A stretch of DNA of 58,639 nucleotides from Octopus sinensis (taxonomy: Eukaryota). The DNA is taken from contig NW_021833085.1 in the NCBI RefSeq assembly GCF_006345805.1, positions 1 through 58,639 of the forward strand. Direction: 5' to 3'. The notes beneath the pieces are model-generated. The model searched no databases and was not told the DNA's origin. It saw only the letters and a list, made by a program, of their open reading frames with translations. Numbering within the stretch: the stretch's first letter is position 1; each line of letters opens with the position of its first letter. Both the position numbers and the translations under genes were made by a program. Positions 40,647 through 54,009 of the stretch are shown here, piece by piece.

Positions 40647-41622
40647 ATTGTTCAGTTTTATTTCAAGATTTCTTGCTAAGGAGTGGCTGTGTGGTAAGTA
40701 GCTTGCTTACCAACCACATGGTTCCGGGTTCAGTCCCATTGCGTGGCACCTGGGGAAAGGGTCTTCTACTGTAGTATCGGGCAAGTGTCTTCTACTATAG
40801 CCTCGGGCCGACCAAGGCCTTGTGAGTGGATTTGGTAGGCGGAAAATGAAAGAAACCTGTCGTGAGATTGAGTGTGTGTTTGTCCCCCACCCCATCATCG
40901 CTTGACAACCGATGTTGGTGTGTTTACGTTCCCGTAAGTTAGAGGTTCGGCAAAAAAGACCGATAGAGTAAATACTAGGCTTACAAAGAATAAGTCCAGA
41001 GTCGGTTTGTTCGACTAAAGGCGATGCTCCAGCATGGCCACAGTTAAATGACTGAAACATATAAGAGTACTAGAGAAAGGGACGGTTTCCAATCATGTAT
41101 GATTATGTACAGACTTGTCTGTTTTGCTTTATGTATGTATTCTCATGCATATATATTTCGCTACTACCCACAAGGGGCTACTTTCTCATGCATATAGTTG
41201 CATGTGTAGAGATGCTCATATATATTTAAATGATAAACTTCTGGAAAGTTATATAGATTTATGCAGTTCCAGTGATGCAGTGAATCTGTAGTCTTCGAAT
41301 TAGCTTTCTCCTTTCTGGATTTGAGAAGCTTAATTTCTCAAGATTGGTATTAAGGCGATGTGTTACGTATCCCAGGGCCCCAATAATTACATGAACTTGT
41401 AATCTGGATAGCGTAACAGCATATTTCTTAATAGTTCAGAGTAGGTATTCTCTTTTACGCAGATTTTCACTGTTTATGTTAACATCCGCAACTGTGCATG
41501 GTTCCTCTTCTCAATCCGAAATCATGATATCAGGTCTGTTGTGCTTACATTTTATTGAGGTCTCCACCAGTATTCTGTTTTAGTATGAGTGGCAATGTCT
41601 TCTACCATACTGTGGGTTCTCG
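40647..41622 (-). mobile_element. (CATA)n-associated RLE retrotransposon 3' fragment, interrupted by SINE B (40681-41065) and a 29-bp SINE A tail insert
   Basis: Degenerate TEYWW..RPDIMI..KENTYSELL..VIIGALGYVT..QKFII, plus a 3' UTR ending cttgaaataaaactgaacaat. Confidence 0.8.
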
Positions 41623-41710
41623 CATGTATGCATGTAAGTATGTATGTATGTATGTATGTATGTATGTATGTATGTATGTATGTATGTATGCATGTATGTG
41701 TGTCAATGTC

Positions 41711-41808
41711 ATCATTTAGTTTTATTTCATAATTTCTTGCCAATAGAAAAAGTACCGTATTCTAACATAGATTCAAGACTCCTTTATTGGAATTTCAACA
41801 TCAACAGA
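41711..41808 (-). mobile_element. 3' UTR-only fragment of the (CATA)n RLE family
   Basis: Matches the 3' UTR at 45280-45373 and is embedded in (CATA)n on both sides. Confidence 0.7.
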
Positions 41809-42457
41809 GTATGTATGTATGTATGTATGTATGTATGTATGTATGTATGTATGCATGTATGCGTGCAGGTTTGCATATTTTGTGTTATGTATGTATTCGC
41901 ATACATATAGTTGCATGTATGTATATATGTATGTACGTATTTATAAATGTATTTATGTATGCATGTAAGTACATGCATGTATGTATATTTATTTGTATGT
42001 TTATTTTGTGTGTGTGTGTTTGTGTGTGTGTGTGAGTGTGTGTGTTTGGAAACTTTAGAAGGACAGAGTCTTTTCGTCGTGAATTTTGAGACGATGAAAT
42101 TTCAGACCAGTAACCTTATTTGCTATGAAATGACCAATCAAAGAATTTGAATATTCGGTTATTGTATATAGTATATTGTATTTGGTTGGTAACTGTATCT
42201 CGCTTTTTGAGTACATAACAAGAGGATCTGGCGATAAATGTGTTCTTGAATGTAGGGATAGACGGGGAGGAAGAGCAGAGGTTGAATACAAAAATAGCAG
42301 CTAATCGAGGCTCCCTTAGGAGGATTTAGCAATATTAGTAGATATTATTCATTTTGGAAGGGAATCAGAAACCTGGTGATTATTTTCAAGGTGAAAGTGC
42401 TTGCCCATACAGGAGCCATGCAGTTTTTATTTTCTTAATGTCAATGGTTCTTTGCAG

Positions 42458-42488
42458 AAATGGGGTAACACCTTTGAAATCATTACAG
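42458..42488 (+). CDS. Candidate 31-nt internal exon (KWGNTFEIIT or NGVTPLKSLQ)
   Basis: Polypyrimidine tract, ttctttgcag| acceptor and strong cag|gtaaga donor. Confidence 0.35.
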
Positions 42489-44780
42489 GTAAGAAAATTC
42501 GAAATTGTTACAATGTTCTTTGCCAGTGCAAGTGTAGCGCAGGTTCAAACCAATGAAAGGACCCTGAACAAAATTGTGATTTTTGTTCTGAATATGGTAT
42601 ATTAGAGGTTCTGTCATTCGTTTTCCTTGGAGACTCAGATGGGTTTGGGGTGAAATACATTATTGTAAAGGATTATCAATGTAGAATTAACGTAATTATC
42701 TCAAATTAGCTGATTTAAGGTATGAGAGGGTTAAAAAGACAGCGAGTCAGTATTGTGAGAAGGATTGATAGAGAATGGAATGCTTTGATTAGGAATTTCA
42801 AGTAATTTTGATTCTACAGAATACAGGACAAAAATTGAGTTTCGTGATGAGAATCGGTGTGTGAGAAAAGAAAAGATGTTGATTCATTCGACAAGGTGGT
42901 CCTGTTTCTTTGAATGACATCTTCATTTCAGTAAATGATTCCATGAGGCCGAACCCGACCAAAACTCCTGAATACGTTCAACCAATTTCTGATGTTGTTC
43001 TAGGATATATTTCCATTGCATGTAATGGAAGTCTTTGACAAGAAAGAGATAATAAACTTCATGTCATTACACATTAGTTTTTGTGTCTTCTCTAATTTCT
43101 TTAAACTTAAAACGTTTTTAACTTTTAGCTGGAGACCGTTTTTAGTGTTTCTGGCCACTTAATTTCTTCCTTTAATACTGCTTGATGTAATGCCTAAATT
43201 TCTTATTTTCACCGTATTTTAAAAAAATTTCCATTTATTTATTGCCTGAAGCTACAACATTCCCTATGAGCTGTAAAGGAAGAATCCCGCTGCTCTGATA
43301 CTGACAAATATTTAACTTGGAGCCAACAGAGAAAAATAGATAGAGCCGCAAGAGAGAAATAGATAGAAATCTTTTACTATCTGATTACGTTTTAAAACAT
43401 AAGTTAAATCATTTCTTAATGGAAATGAGGTATCACTGGAATCTTACCAAATATCTAAGTAAGAGAAGAAAATATTGAAGTGAAAACAAAATGAGATTAA
43501 ACAAATGAAATCAAAATAGAAAAAAAAATGTCATGACTGAAACCTCACAAAATAAGATATATAATTAAAACAAAAGCAAAAGAAAAAAACAAATCTCCAT
43601 CATGGTAATTAGGCTCTGACAAAAAAATTTCGGTCCTTACAGAGACATCTAAAAAGAGAAATTCTTTTAAAGAAGTTAATAATACCCTTTATTTTAATTT
43701 TTGTTAGTGTATATTTAGCCCCAAATCTGTTCTAAATAAGGAAGTCATAATAGTGTTGTGTTCTTAGTAGCGATCAACTCTACCCCATTATATTCAGGGT
43801 ATCTGCGCAACTATATTATTAAATGTGTCCATCATCTTTTTTTAAAGGCGGTATGGTATGATTTGAAGAATATTTGAATTTGTTTAATATTCCAAGCCCC
43901 GAGGCTTCTCCAATTATGGTTTGCGTTATTCACAAATATATCGGAAACATTTTATTATAGTTGATTTCTTTTTTATACGCGAACAGCGGCAAATATGACA
44001 AATGGAACAGTAAGTTAAAGTAATATGAGTTAAATCTCTCTTCAATCAAAACCCGAATTTAAAAAAAGGAGATATTGGGAAAACGTTGTCTTAGGTGTAC
44101 GTGAAACATAAGAAAAAAAGAAGAAACACAATGGTTACGGCTGGAATGACAGCAATTACAGGCTTTCTTCGTCAGCATTTATTTGAGTATAAAACAATGA
44201 ATGGACTGCTTGGACATAAAAGGTCTCTATTTTTGTAATTCAAAAGAAAAAGAAACAGCCAAACAAATAAACTTAATCTTGAAATTTCCACGTTTAATGT
44301 ATTCGGATATTAAAATAAAAGAGTATATATATGTGTGTACATACTTACATACATAGATACATAGATACATAGATAGATACATAGATACATAGATACATGC
44401 ATACATACATACATATATATACATATACATACATATATACATATGCATATATACATATGCATATATATATTATATTTACACACATATATACATACATATA
44501 CACAGACATCTATATACATATGTACATGCATGTATACACGTCGATATATATATGTATATATACTGTAAATATATAGACATAGACACACACATACATACAC
44601 ACATACATACATGCTTACATACATACATACATACATATATACATACATAGATACATAATACATACATAATACTTCTTACATATACACACACATACATACG
44701 TACATACATGCTTACATACATGCATACATACATACATACATACATACATACATACATACATACATACATACATACATACA

Positions 44781-44810
<30 letters not shown>

Positions 44811-44812
<2 letters not shown>

Positions 44813-45222
44813 ATGCTTTGGGATAGAGAAAAGAAACTGTAGAGTTGTGGAAATTAGCTGCCCAGCGGATGTGAACATAAAGCTGAAGATCAGTGTAAAA
44901 CAGAATACTTACGCTGAACTATTGACAAACCTGCAATTGCTCTATCCAGATTGCAAGTTCAGGTTTATACCTGTAATTATTTGGGGACTGGGATACGTAA
45001 CACACTGCCTAATATCAATCTTGAGCAATTAGACTTTTCAAAGCCAGAAAGAAGAAAGCTTATTCGAAGACTATAGATCCAAGCCATCACCGGAATTGTA
45101 AAAATATGTGTAAAATTACCCAAAAGTTTATCATTTAAGCATATATGAGCATGTCTAGATATGTAACTATATGCATGTGAAGATATACGTAAAACATACA
45201 AATCTGCGCATGCATGCATGCA

Positions 45223-45254
<32 letters not shown>

Positions 45255-45373
45255 CATACATACATACAAAATTACCCTGTTGATTTTGAAATTCCATTGA
45301 AGGAGCCTTGGATCTAAGTTAGAAACCGACTCTTTCTCTATTGGCAAGAAGTCTTGAAATAAAACTGAATAAT
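44811..45373 (+). mobile_element. (CATA)n-associated RLE retrotransposon 3' fragment
   Basis: NCRVVEISCPADVNIKLKISVKQNTYAELL..FIPVIIWGLGYVT. (CATA)n directly on both sides. Confidence 0.85.
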
Positions 45374-46494
45374 TACATACATACATACATACATGCAAGC
45401 ACACACACATACACACATACATACATACATACACATACATACATACATACATACATACATACATACATACATACATACATACATACATACATACATACAT
45501 ACATACATACATACATACCTATATACATGCACACATGAGGCCGGATATTTTTTGAGGCAGACAAGAAGTATATACCGTCATAGAGATCAGCTATCATACT
45601 GATGTTAATGTCTCTTTGAAAATCAAAGAGGAAGAGGATAATTATGGGCATGGTTTCGAAACCGTCAATTTCTGTATCGTAATTAGAAATTCACATTTAT
45701 ACCAATATTAATTGGTGCATTTGGTTTTATTAGTAAATGACTAAGTGACAATCTGGATAAGCGCTAGGATTTTCAGAGAATGAAATCAACCAAATAACTC
45801 GCACATTACAAATACGGTTTGTAAGTGGAACAGTGGAAATATTCAAGAATGTTCTCAGGTTTAAAACGTGACATTGTTTGCGCTATCTAAATTGTAACGA
45901 TGGAGCTTGGTATCTTTGTTAGAAACCAGCTCCTACTTCAGAAAAAGAAGTTAAATGGTTAAAAAATAGAAGAAAACAGACATATATATATGTTGGAAGT
46001 GAAAGCGAAAGAGTAGATTTCTTTTATACCAATATCCAAACGTTATAAACGTAGAAGCTTGAAGATTGAGATGCATCGTTTGCGTATTTCGTCTTTTGCA
46101 TGAAATACAGACACACACACACACCACACACATAGATTCACACATGTATCAGCTAGTTGCAGAACGAAATTTGACGAATATACCCCCAAGTTCAGACAAA
46201 AAGTATGAGCATCGAAGTTACTGGAATTTTAAAATTCTTTTATCTTCGACGTTGTTTCTAGAAATTTGCTGACATGCTGCAGGGAAAAATAAATATTTAA
46301 ATCTAACTCAAAATCTTGCCGAAGAACTTCTTACCAAAGTAAAGATATATATGCTTTTTAAACAAATATACGCACATAGACATATAAATACGTATACACA
46401 TATATAATTATATACTTGCATATATATGTGAGTATATATATATATATATATGCGTGTGTGTGTGCATATATATACATATACATACATACATATA

Positions 46495-46526
<32 letters not shown>

Positions 46527-46543
46527 GTGTGGTGTGTGTGTGT

Positions 46544-46580
<37 letters not shown>

Positions 46581-46950
46581 GGCTAATAAGACGAATGCTT
46601 TACACCTGGTACCTTACTTGTAATCATGTTGCCAACTTTAGGTCAATCAACAAGAGACATTCGACATCTTTGGCAGATTTTATACGGCGACTGAAGGAGG
46701 CTAATACGAAATAATACATTACTTGGTCCATAGTTAGACATGCAAAACCATACAGTGCAATTTCCTAAAGATGCCGTCTCCGCTCCGAGGTATCCCTGCC
46801 TATTCTGTGGACTAATGAAAAGATATTTAATAGAATTTCTGAAAGACTATCGAGATGCCTACGCGCATATGAATGTACTTTCGCACAATGCAGTGAGAAT
46901 GAATTTGAGTAACCGTTAACTTAGTGTAATTTTATTTTATTTTATTTTGG

Positions 46951-47332
46951 AAGCACTCCGTCGGTTACGACGATGAGGGTTCCGGTTGATCCGAATCAAC
47001 AGAACAGCCTGCTCGTGAAATTAACGTGTAAGTGGCTGAGCACTCCACAGACACGTGCACCCTTATATCTCGGGGATATTCAGCGTGACACAGAGAGTGA
47101 CAAGGCCGCCTCCTTGAAATACTGGTACAACAGAAACAGAACAGAAACAGAAGTAAGAGTGAGAGAAAGTTGTGAAAGAGTACAGCAGGGATCACCACCA
47201 TCCCTGCTGGAGCCTCGTGGAGCTTTAGGTGTTTTCGCTCAATAAACACTCACAACGCCCGGTTTGGGAATCGAAACCGCGATCCTACGACCGCGAGTCC
47301 GCTGCCCTAACCACTGGGCCATTGCGCCTCCT
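46951..47332 (-). mobile_element. SINE family C, full length
   Basis: Reverse complement of the 25945 copy. Confidence 0.88.
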
Positions 47333-47894
47333 CTATTTTACTTTTATCGATGATTTAAATTTACTTTAAACCTCCCTGTTCTTCCAGACACCTACTAAAT
47401 ATCTAACTCGCTCTGTAATTATCAGTGCGTCTAACCTCGCGTGTGCGTGTGCTCACATTCTTGCTAATGCTTGTATGAGCATGCGTACTCGTGCCATGCT
47501 GCTTGGCCGAGGGCGTTTATACATGCATATTGGTCAACGGTTATTTTTCAATACTTTTCTCGCTGGATTAAGTGTTCGGTTCTCTTTTTGTCTTCTGCAA
47601 TTTTAGTTTTGGGTCTTCTATATATAGATGAAGAATCTTCCTCCGACTGGCTGTTTTTCTCTCTACAAAACGGAAAGTTGCATTATGGAACAGTCATTTT
47701 AACGAGATTATTTTTTTAATTTACTTATCACCCGACGTGATATGTCCGCACCACCGGATACTCCTGAACCAGTTTTTTTGTGTGTCCCACGACAGGAGTT
47801 GATGCTAGATGTGTCGAAACAATTGTTGTGATTAATAATATATTCTCGTATATTCCATCTTCTGTCTTTCATTTGTTATATATGTATATGTATG

Positions 47895-47938
<44 letters not shown>

Positions 47939-47945
47939 TATATAT

Positions 47946-48867
47946 ATCAATCAATATAAGGGTAACAAAAAATTCAAGAAAAGTTTTCTGCCACCAGCGG
48001 TCAAGTGAGAAAATAGAAATAGTCACAGACTATATGATACATTCAACAAAATATTAAGAATGACCCTGAGAAGGTCGTTCGACTCACTTGAAAAGAGCAG
48101 CTAAAACTCAAAACCGCAAAAATAGTAGTAATTCTGAAACTAGAGGAAAATAAAAAACATTTATTCCCTTCAAACTTTGTACCCTGCAAGGTTTCAACAT
48201 CTTCACGCAATCAAATTTAATTAAATCCGTTTACGCTTGGCTTGTCTCGTCAGCAAAGTCACCAAAATAGGAGGCAGATACATATACACGAGGCTACACC
48301 ATCCAAGCCTCGGGTCTATATATCGTAAATTTTCGAATTCACCGTAATCGCGCCATCTACTCCGCAGCAAATATAAGCTGCTGATACAAATTTCAGAATT
48401 AGTCAAAAATTCATTAATCAATCAATATAAGGGTAACAAAAAATTCAAGAAAAATTTTCTGCCACCAGCGGTCAAGTGAGAAAATAGAAATAGTCACAGA
48501 CTATATGATACATTCAACAAAATATTAAGGAATGACCCTGAGAAGGTCGTTCGACTCACTTGAAAAGAGCAGCTAAAACTCAAAACCGCAAAAATAGTAG
48601 TAATTCTGAAACTAGAGGAAAATAAAAAACATTTATCCCCTTCAAACTTTGTACCCTGCAGGGTTCAACATCTTCACGCAATCAAATTTAATTAAATTGA
48701 TTGCATGAAGATGTTGAAACCTTGCAGGGTACAAAGTTTGAAGGGGATAAATGTTTTTTATTTTCCTCTAGTTTCAGAATTACTACTATTTTTGCGGTTT
48801 TGAGTTTTAGCTGCTCTTTTCAAGTGAGTCGAACGACCTTCTCAGGGTCATTCCATAATATTTTGTT
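47946..48867. repeat. 471-bp unit, 275-bp partial tandem unit and 176-bp spacerless fold-back, inserted in (TA)n
   Basis: Units start at 47946 and 48417. Palindrome centre at 48691/48692 in atttaattaaat, arms 48516-48691 and 48692-48867. Confidence 0.9.
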
Positions 48868-48869
48868 TA

Positions 48870-48900
<31 letters not shown>

Positions 48901-48917
48901 TATATATATATATATAC

Positions 48918-48967
<50 letters not shown>

Positions 48968-49185
48968 GTATGTATGTATATATATGTACATATATTTGTG
49001 TGTGTGTGTATAGATAGATATATACACGAACACACATACATATACAAATGTGTCTGTGTATAAGTATATGTATGTGTACTTGTATATATATATCGTATAC
49101 ATGTATATATATTATATATATATATATATATATACCAAACATATTATATAGCTACTTATCTCTCTATTAATCTATCTATCAATCA

Positions 49186-49218
<33 letters not shown>

Positions 49219-49219
49219 A

Positions 49220-49272
<53 letters not shown>

Positions 49273-49287
49273 CTCTCTATCTATCTC

Positions 49288-49335
<48 letters not shown>

Positions 49336-49361
49336 GCTATCTAGATGATAGATAGATAGAT

Positions 49362-49407
<46 letters not shown>

Positions 49408-49443
49408 TAGATAGATAGATAGTTAGATACATACATACATACA

Positions 49444-49475
<32 letters not shown>

Positions 49476-50129
49476 GGTGTGTTTGTGTGTGTGTGTGTGT
49501 GTGCGTGTCTGTGTGTGTGTGTGTGTGTGTTTATGCGTGTGTGTTTGTGTATGCGAAGGGCATACCCGATACGTTCAATAAGCATCCATTTAGTATCCCA
49601 GTGAAAATAGATGCCAAGCCTGCGCCGCAGGAGTTTCGGCATCTAAAATCGCAGATCAGCCTCATATTTGTGTCTTCCCTCATTAGCGACTAGTCATAGA
49701 TCGCTTAGCTCCATCACCTTTTATATACCGGAGTTTAGAAAGTCACAGCTTCTTAAGGATAATATAAACAAACTATTTCTGGGTTAAATATATTTACATA
49801 AATGGCAAACTGATACAAAAGTTGACAGTCGGGGGATTTGATGTCTTACACATCAGCATGACGCTTTTGTCATCGTTACTGCTTTTGGGCGTAGCTATAG
49901 AATTGTGCACCCACCGACTTTGTTTCCACATCAATTTCTTAAAAATAAATGTATGTTAATGAAAGTTTCTGGAGATTTCTTGAAATTTCTAGGGCACTGG
50001 AGTGACTATGTGATAAGAAGATTGCTTTACAACCACATAGTTCCGGGTTCAGTCCCCACTGTGTAGCACTCGGTCTGACCAAAAGCCTTGTAAGTGGATT
50101 TGATTGACGGAAACCGAAAGAAACCTGTC

Positions 50130-50186
<57 letters not shown>

Positions 50187-50259
50187 TCAACTTGTGTGTC
50201 TGTGTGTATTTGTGTGTGTGTCTGTGTGTTTAACTTCCCGGCACACATCTCCTCCTAGC

Positions 50260-50653
50260 CAACAAATCGTAGAACCACCAAAATAGGGTCACTTAAAGTT
50301 TATGCAAATGAAAATTGAACTGCGCTATTTCTGTTCAGAAATTCATCTCGCAAGTGCAAAAATCGATGATGTGTTTGTTTAGGCCTTATCCCATGCATTG
50401 AATAGTGAACTTTACTCATTCAGCTGTTTGACGTGAACTGTGTTCACCACGCGTGCAAGCATGCATAAATTGCATGAAAAATAAAAAAAACATTGTAGAA
50501 ATTCGGCAAAGAAATGAATTTTCGGGATGTAGCCTGGAGGGTTTTTTCGTATTAATCGTTTGGACTTTGTGAACACATACCACTTGTGTTCATAACATTT
50601 TTAACGCTTTGAATGAAATGTGACCAGTTTGCAAAGCCGGGCAATACTGCTAG
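50260..50653 (+). mobile_element. Possible non-autonomous Helitron 3' end
   Basis: Ends gccgggcaatactgCTAG|t, resembling a Helitron GC-rich subterminal motif plus CTAG. No 5' TC end identified and the hairpin is weak. Confidence 0.35.
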
Positions 50654-50683
50654 TATATATATATAAATATATATGTGTGTGTG

Positions 50684-50721
<38 letters not shown>

Positions 50722-51352
50722 ATGTATGTATGTATTTTTATGTCTGTTTGTACCACCACCATCATTTGGCAACCGATGTTTGTGTGTTTACGTCCCTGTA
50801 ACTTAGCGGTTCGGCAAAAAAAAACCGATAGAACAAGTACTAGGCTTACAAAGAATAAGTCCTGGGATCGATTTTTCCGACTAAAAGCTGTACTCCAGCA
50901 TGGCCACAGTCAAATGACTAAAAGAAGAAAAAGAACAAAAAATACATCAAAGGTGTAGCATACGATTATATCGACTAATTTATTTACATTTTGAAGGTCT
51001 TTCGGACAATTCCCTCGTTATTGATCATGTCTCTTCACGACTTTGCGCAAAACTGTGCTTTTTTGTTTTTTTAATGAAACGTCCACACATATTTTTTTTA
51101 GACAACGTTATGGAATACGATTACATCGAACAAAAGCGTAGGAGAAGATAATCTCTTTTGAATCGTCATTTTTCCCTTCGATCACAGTTTTGTTAAAAGC
51201 GTGGCTGCGTAGTTCAGAAGTTCGCTTTACAGCCATATGTTTTCAGCTTCAGGCCCATAACACACTACTTCGGGAAATTTTTCTACTATAGTCCCCCCAG
51301 ATCGATGCTTTGAGAGTGAATTTGGCGGGCAGAAACTGTGTGGAAGCCCTTC

Positions 51353-51447
<95 letters not shown>

Positions 51448-51497
51448 CATATCATATATCCATATACATATATATACATATACATATATAATATATA

Positions 51498-51546
<49 letters not shown>

Positions 51547-51548
51547 TA

Positions 51549-51752
51549 TCTCTCTATCTATCCGCTCAGTCGAAGTCGACTCTCGGTTACTCGTTGGATC
51601 AGTGTCCTCCAGTCAGTTCTATCCTGGGCCGCTTCTTTCAGAATGGCTATGTCCATTCCGGTATCACTGTTGATGGTGTCAAGCCAGCGGGTTCTTGGTC
51701 GGCCTCTTCCTCTCTTGCCACTGACCATTCCGAGCATGACGTCCTTCTCCAT
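51549..51752 (-). mobile_element. 3' end of an RTE (BovB-like) LINE
   Basis: [50 protein letters not shown] followed by a (GATA)-like tail. Confidence 0.88.
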
Positions 51753-51809
51753 ATATATATGTAAAAACTAGAAGGCTTGATTTAGTAGTAGTAGATAAAA
51801 ATAATAGAA

Positions 51810-52070
51810 AGTGCGAGATAATCGATATGAGAAGTATAGAAAAAATAGCAAATACCAGGAACTAGCCATTGAATAATAGAGACTATGGGAAGTGCAGGTA
51901 AATGTATCCCAGTAGTATAGGTGCATTGGGAACTATCCTTAAAGATTTGAACAGATGGATAGAGGAAATAGACATAAAACCCAGTCCAGTACAGCTGCAG
52001 AAAACAGCTGGGACACTTAGTGGGGTTCTTGGCATCTAAGGTTACTTGTTGTAACCTTATTTTAAGAATT
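51810..52070 (+). mobile_element. Degenerate R4/Dong-like RLE 3' fragment
   Basis: KYQELAIE..RLW..IPVV.GALGTI.KDLNRW.EEI..QLQKTA, with frameshifts. Confidence 0.65.
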
Positions 52071-52219
52071 TTTTCTTTTCTAACAGTTTCATCTGCTGTG
52101 TGTAAATGAATAATAATAATGATTTTGGCGCAAGGTCGCCAATTTTGGTGGAAGGGATTAAGTCAATTACATCGACTCCAATTTTCAACAGGTACTTGTT
52201 ATTCCTAATAATTATAATA

Positions 52220-53170
52220 CCTACATCTTCATCAACTCCACTGCTGCCACTGTCTTGAAGATGATGAGGAGGAGGGGGAGGAGGAGGAAGTGGAAGTGGA
52301 GGAGAAGGAGGAGGAGGAGGAGGAGGAGGCGGAGAAGGAGGCGGAGGAGAAGGAGAAGGAGGCGGAGGCGGAGGAGGAGGCGGAGGAGGAGGCGGAGGAG
52401 GAGGCGGAGGAGGAGGCGGAGGAGGAAGAAGATGACGACATCGGCGATGGGAATGTTCGTGATAATCATGTTATAACGATGAAGATGAGGGGAAGGGGTG
52501 GGAGGAGGAGAAGGAGGAGGGGGAGACGGCGACGACAATGGCAATGTGAATATTAGTGATAATCAGGTTATAGCGATGAAGATGGCGATGATGATGATGA
52601 TAGCTAATTGTCCAACGATGGTATTGTTGTTGTCTCTGTCTGATCATCAACGTTCTACTCCCAACATCCCTCTAGGCTGTTTTGAATGGCCACCACTTCC
52701 CGAAACCTTGTCGGTTCACTAACTTCAGTTTATACCACCACCACCAACAACAACAAAACCATCACCGTCCCACCAATAGCAGCAACAGAAACAACACCAG
52801 CTGCAACACCAACAACATCAATAAGAACAACAACAATAACAACCGAAACCCACCAGCACCACTACTGCCACCACCACCATCTCAACCACAGCCACCACCA
52901 TCTCAACCACCACCACTACCACCACTACCACGATCTCAACTACCATCACCAACATCACCACCACCATCATCTCAACAACCAACATCACCACCACCATCAT
53001 CTCAACCACCACAAACACCACCACCACCACCATCTCAACTACCATCACCACCACCATCTCAACCACAAACACCATCACCACTATCTCAACCACAAACACC
53101 ACCACCATCATCTCAACCACCAACCACCGCCATCTCAATAACCACCAGCACCACCACCACCACGTCTTAA
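52220..53170. repeat. (GGA)n/GA-rich tract followed by a cryptic catctcaac+(CAC)n minisatellite
   Basis: About 10 catctcaac-type units between 52878 and 53140. Confidence 0.85.
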
Positions 53171-54009
53171 TGTATTCCTCTATACCCACTGCCAAACCTC
53201 ACCATTTCAACACCCCGCCAGTTTTACACTCTCGCTTCACCAAATCACCCTGTACCCGCACCAGACGCATCATTTCACAGTATTAAACATTAGTCTACGA
53301 TTCTCTACTACCGTTCTTGCATCTCACCAATCCGACACCTTCACATCAACCCCACTCACGTCACCCCTTCCCCCTCTTTCGGTCCTCCCTCTACTCACGC
53401 ATCCTGCCTCATCCCCACACCTAGCTCCTTTGCAGCCCACCCCTCACCATCCACCAGTCACTCTGATATCACCGCCTCTCCAACCCACTCTGTTTCACAT
53501 TCTCACCTGCAACACACCACTTGGCACCCGTCACAACTCCTGTTCGCAACCCTTCCACCCACCAAGCACAAGTCCCCACCGCCACCACTTCACACCACTC
53601 TTCTCGTACCCCCTACCCCTGCCCCTACTACTCTCAAAACCCAAGATGCCAGTCTCACCACCACCACCACCTCTGTTTAGTCCACACCAGCGCACAGTCT
53701 GTACCGGAAGTCACTAAATGTAACTATCTGTTATTGGAGAGACAATACACAAGCCAAACATCAATGATGGCTGCTATGAGATATTAGCAGACTAATCTGT
53801 CACAGAGTCGAATTGGCACGCCTTGATTCGTGGAGAGAGGCGGGTTGGCTCGTCTGTTTCCATATCCAGCATCGTTCCTCTCGTCACTACACTCGCTGTT
53901 ATTGCCAGCATCACTGCCGCTATCTCTACCACTATCATCACCACCATCACTACCAGTATCATCGGGAATATTTCCACGGTTACTACCAACAGCGATAATT
54001 ATTATTATT

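Noticed and set aside
47775-47832. GACA/UGUC hairpin, GAAA and palindromic ACAAUUGU
   Set aside because: No CUGANGA-like core upstream. At best a deleted remnant.
52221-53195. Poly-E/A, poly-R, poly-H and poly-P ORFs
   Set aside because: Open on both strands and in several frames because of trinucleotide repeats. No splice or domain evidence.
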